Source: the human T2T-CHM13v2.0 reference genome, Homo sapiens
Length of the DNA stretch: 64,000 bases
Direction: 5' to 3' (one strand)
NCBI RefSeq assembly: GCF_009914755.1
Contig: NC_060927.1
Part shown: positions 57,454 through 64,000 of the stretch, one piece after another
Position numbering within the stretch: the stretch's first letter is position 1
Layout: each line of letters starts with the position of its first letter
Translations under genes and position numbers: made by a program
Notes under the pieces: generated by a model
Seen by the model: only the letters and a program-made list of their open reading frames with translations
What the model was told of the DNA's origin: nothing
The model's database searches: none

Positions 57454-59745
57454 TGATATGGTTTGGCTGTGTCCCCACCCCGACATCATCTTGAATTGTA
57501 ACTCCCACAATTCCCACATGTCATGAGAGGAACCCAGTGGGAGGTGATTGAATTATGGGTGTGGGTCTTTCCTGCGCTGTTCCCATGATAGTGAATGACA
57601 AGATCTGATGATTTTAAAAACGGTTTCCCCGCACAACCTCTCTCTCTTGCCTGCCACCATCTATGTAAGATGTGACTTGTTCCTCCTTGCCTTCCACTGT
57701 GATCGTGAGGCCTCCCCAGCCATGTGGAACTGTAAGTCCATTAAACCTCTTTTTCTTCCCAGTCTCGGGTATGTCTTCATCAGCAGCATGAAAATAAACT
57801 CATACAGTAAATTGGTACCAATAAAGTGGGGTGCTGCTGAAAAGATACCCAAAAATGTGGAAGCGACTTTGGAACTGGGTTATCAGGCAGAGGCTGGAAC
57901 AGTTTGGAGGGCTCAGAAGAAGACAGGAAAATGTGGGAAAGTTTGGAACTTCCTAGAGACTTGTTGAATGGCTTTGACAAAAATGCTGATAGTGATATGA
58001 ACAATAAGGTCCAGGCTGAGGTGGTCTCAAATGGAGATGAGGAACTTGTTGGGAACTGGAACAAAGGTGACCCTTGTTATGTTTTAGCAAAGAGACTGGT
58101 GGCATTTTGCTCCTGCCTTAGAGATTTGCAGAACTTTGAACTTGAGAGAGATGATTTAGAGTATCTGGTGGAAGAAATGTCTAAGCAACAAAGTATTCAA
58201 GAGGTGACTTGGGCGCTCTTAAACACATTCAGTTTTATAAGGGAAGCAGAGCATTAAAGTTCAGAAACTTGCAGCCTGACAATGTAATAGAAAAGAAAAT
58301 TCTATTTTCTGAGGAGAAATTCAAGCTGGCTGCAGAAATTTGCATAAGTAATGGGGACCCAAATATTAATCTCCAAGACAATGGGGAAAATGTCTCCAGG
58401 GCATTTCAGAGGTCTTCATGGCAGCCCCTCCCATCACGGGACCAGAGGCCTAGGAGGAAAAAAATGGTTTCTTGGGCCAGGCCCAGGGTCTCCGTGCTGT
58501 GTGCAGCCTAGGGACTTGGTGCCCTGCATCCCAGCTACTCCAGCCGTGATTAAAAGGGCCCAAGGTACAGCTCGGGCCGTGGCTGCAGAGGGTGCAAGCC
58601 TCAAGCCTTGGAAGCTTCTATGTGGAATTCAACCTGTGGGTGCACAGAAGTCAAGAACTGAGGCTTGGGAACCTCTGCCTAGATTTCAGAGGATGTATGG
58701 AAACGCCTGGATATCCAGGAAGTTTGCTGCAGGGACAGGGCCCTCATGGAGAACCTCTGCTGGGACAGTGTGGAAAGGAAATGTGGAGTTGGAGTCCCCA
58801 CACAGAGTCCCAACTGGGGCACCACCTAGTGGAGCTGTGAGAAGAGGGCCACTGTCCTCCAGACCCCAGAATGGTAGATCCACCGACAGCTTGCACATGT
58901 GCCTGGAAAATTGGCAGACACTCAACACCAGCCCATGAAAGCAGCCAGAAGGGAGGGTGTACCCTGCAAAGCCACAGGGGCTGAGCTGCCCAAGACCATG
59001 GGAACCCACTTCTTGCATCAGCGTGACCCGGATGCGAGACATGGAGTCAAAGGAGATCATTTTGGAGATTTAAGACTTAACTGCCCTGCTGGATTTCTGA
59101 TTTGTATGGGGACCAGAGCGCCTTTGTTTTGGCCAATTTCTCCCATTTGGAATGGCTGTATTTACCCGATACCTGTACCCCCATTGTATCTGGGAAGTAA
59201 CTAACTTGCTTTTGATCTTACAAGCTCCTAGGCGAAAGGAATGTGCCTTGTCTCAGATGAGACTTTGGACTGTGGACTTTTGAGTTAATGCTGAAATGAG
59301 TTAAGACTTTGGGAGACTGTTGGGAAGGCATGACTGGTTTTGAAACGTGAGAACATGAGATTTGGGAGGGGCCAGAGGCGGGATGATATGGTTTGGCTGT
59401 GTCCCCACCGAAATCTCATTTTGAATTGTAACTCCCACAACTCCTGTGTGTCATTGGAGGAACCCAGTGGGAGGTGATCGAATTATGGGGGCGGGTCTTT
59501 CCTGTGCGGTTCTCATGATGGTAAATGAGTCTCACAAGATCTGATCGTTTTAAAAGTGGGAGTTTCCCTGTACAAGCTGTCTCTCTTGCCTGCTGCCATT
59601 CATGTAAGATGTGACTTACTCCTCCTTGCCTTCCACAATGATTGTGAGGCCGTCCCAGCCATGTGGGACTGTAAGTTCATTAAACCTTTTTTTCTTTCCA
59701 GTCTTGCATATGTCTTTATCAGCAGCATGAAAATGGACTAATACA
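57454..59745 (+). mobile_element. Full-length THE1A MaLR: 5' LTR 57454-57806, internal 57807-59383, 3' LTR 59384-59745
   Basis: Both LTRs TGATATGGTTTGGCTGTGTCCCCACC...ATACA; purine-rich tract before the 3' LTR; exact 5-bp TSD GTTGG; THE1-int ORF remnants. Confidence 0.96.
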
Positions 59746-59750
59746 GTTGG

Positions 59751-61910
<2,160 letters not shown>

Positions 61911-61989
61911 AATAAATAAATAAATAAACAAAAAGGAAACTAAAGACTGAAGCCACAGAAAAGCTAAACAAACAAAATAAAGACTTTCT

Positions 61990-62296
61990 CTCTCTTTTTT
62001 TTTTGGACACAGGGTCTTGCTGTGGTGCCCAGACTACCTGGGCTGCAGTGCAACGGTGCCATCTCAGCTTACTGCAGCCTCAACCTCCCAGGCTCAACAG
62101 ATCTTCCCAACTCCTGAATAGCTCGGACTACAGGTTCGCGCTACCATGCCCAGCTAAGTTTTCCATTTTTTTGTAGAGACAGGGTCTCGCCATGTTGCCC
62201 GGTCTAGTCTCAAACTCCTGGACTCAAGTGATTCCCCTGCCTAGGCCACCCAAAGTGCTGGGATGGATTACAGGTGTGAGCCGCCATGCCTGGCCA
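61990..62296 (-). mobile_element. AluJ
   Basis: Antisense diverged Alu. Confidence 0.92.
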
Positions 62297-62811
62297 GAAG
62301 GTGAATTTTGAAGTCAGGTCGACTCGGCTTCAGTTCTGGCTTAGCCACTCCATAACTGTGTGACAAGAGACAAGTTCTAGCTCTGAAACCCAATTTTCTC
62401 AGGAAAATGGTGACAGTACACACCACCGTTCCGTTGTATGAATTAAAGGTAACAGTTGGGCAATGCTTGGCAGAGCTCCTCGCACATAGTAACCACCTTT
62501 ACTTATTGCTGGAGGGAAGGTTGTACACCCTTGGGCCTTTTCTCTTTTTGAAATAGCTGGTATGGAACTCAGGTGACAAGACTAGTGGAGGCAGGAAGAG
62601 GGACCCAGGAATTCTATCTTCCTATGGCTAAAAGGGGAAAAAGAAGCTTCCCCGCCTGGAATACTTCCTGAATCTTGCCCCTCCTCCCCATTTTTCAGGG
62701 CTCTTTTCTAGTTCTGCCTCCAGGCAAAATTAGTACCTCCTCTTTTTGCCTCAGCTTTTCCACAAGTCTATTTGAACACATCCTTTGACCCCTTTTATTG
62801 GTGTGATTTGA

Positions 62812-63234
62812 ACCAGGCACAGTGGCTCAGGCCTGTAATCCCAGCACTTTGGGAGGCCAAGGCGGGAGGATCACTCGAGTCCAGGAGTTGGCGACCAGTC
62901 TGGGCGACATAGCAAGACCCTGCCTCTGTTTTAAAAACTCTTTTTTTTTTTTGAGACAGAGTCTTGCTCTGTCACCCAGGCTGGAGTGACGTGGCGCAAA
63001 CTCGGCTCACTGCAAGCTCCACCTCCTGGGTTCAAGCGATTCTCCTATCTCAGCCTCCCGAGTATCTGGAATTACAGGTGCATGCGACCATGCCCGGCTG
63101 ATTTTTGTATTTTTAGTAGAGACGGGGTTTCACCACGTTGGCCAGGCTGGTCTCAAACTCCTGACCTCAGGTGATCTGCCAGCCTTGGCCTCCCAAAGCG
63201 CTGGGATTACAGGCATGAGCCACCGCACCCAGCC
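62812..63234. mobile_element. Alu left monomer (+, 62812-62928) abutting an antisense AluS (62940-63234)
   Basis: Opposite orientations separated by about 12 bp. Confidence 0.92.
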
Positions 63235-63690
63235 TTGAAAAAACAATTTTTTTAAGTAATTAAATATTAGTGTGATTTTTTTTTCTGTTCTTCCTCCACT
63301 GTTCCCCAAGCTATAAACTTCCCTACAGGGCAAGAGTCTTCAAGATCTTTCTTTCTACCCAGGTGCCCAGAACAGTGTCTGGCACATTGTAGGCGCTCAA
63401 AAAAATGCTTACTGCCTCGGAAACCTGACCAGAAAAGGCCAACTGTATGTGGGGTGGGGAAGGGAATGAGAAGGGTTAACCTTTCTCCTCCACCTTCAGC
63501 TCTGTGTCAGATGATATACAAGTGGAGACTGAATCCCGTAGATTTATAGTGTGTTTTATGATGATATAAACAGAGCTTTTTTGTTATTATTAATCATCCC
63601 ATTTATGCATTTCAAAAATCCACAAAAATTCATCATTAAAATTTGTTTCATACCTTCTCATCCTTTCTCTCAATAACGTAGCAGTGTTAG

Positions 63691-64000
<310 letters not shown>

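Noticed and set aside
57904-59204. Cluster of 100-195 aa ORFs
   Set aside because: Frameshifted THE1 internal sequence; no intact protein.

Overview
Primate (most likely human, chr3q29) genomic DNA, not prokaryotic. The - strand carries the 5' end of ATP13A3, a P5B-type ATPase and polyamine transporter. It is recognised from a spliced coding exon reading MDREERKTINQGQEDEM (703..653), preceded by a 42-nt non-coding exon (24348..24307) and a CpG-island first exon (donor at 25079). The CpG island (~24.8-26.7 kb) looks bidirectional, with + strand splice signals fitting the divergent lncRNA ATP13A3-DT/LINC00884. The rest is intron or intergenic DNA dense in Alu, L1, L2, MIR, hAT/Tigger MITEs and LTRs, including a full-length THE1A and an LTR22-type solo LTR. 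It also holds a one-unit UBB processed pseudogene, a tailless 5S rRNA retrocopy and an L2-seeded 24/25-bp minisatellite. Nearly all ORFs in the supplied track are repeat- or GC-derived artefacts. No new protein-coding system is evident. The best leads are the uORF and splice architecture of the ATP13A3 5' leader (possible polyamine feedback), the motif-rich VNTR, and several locally templated duplications. Repeat boundaries and subfamily names were judged by eye and are approximate.
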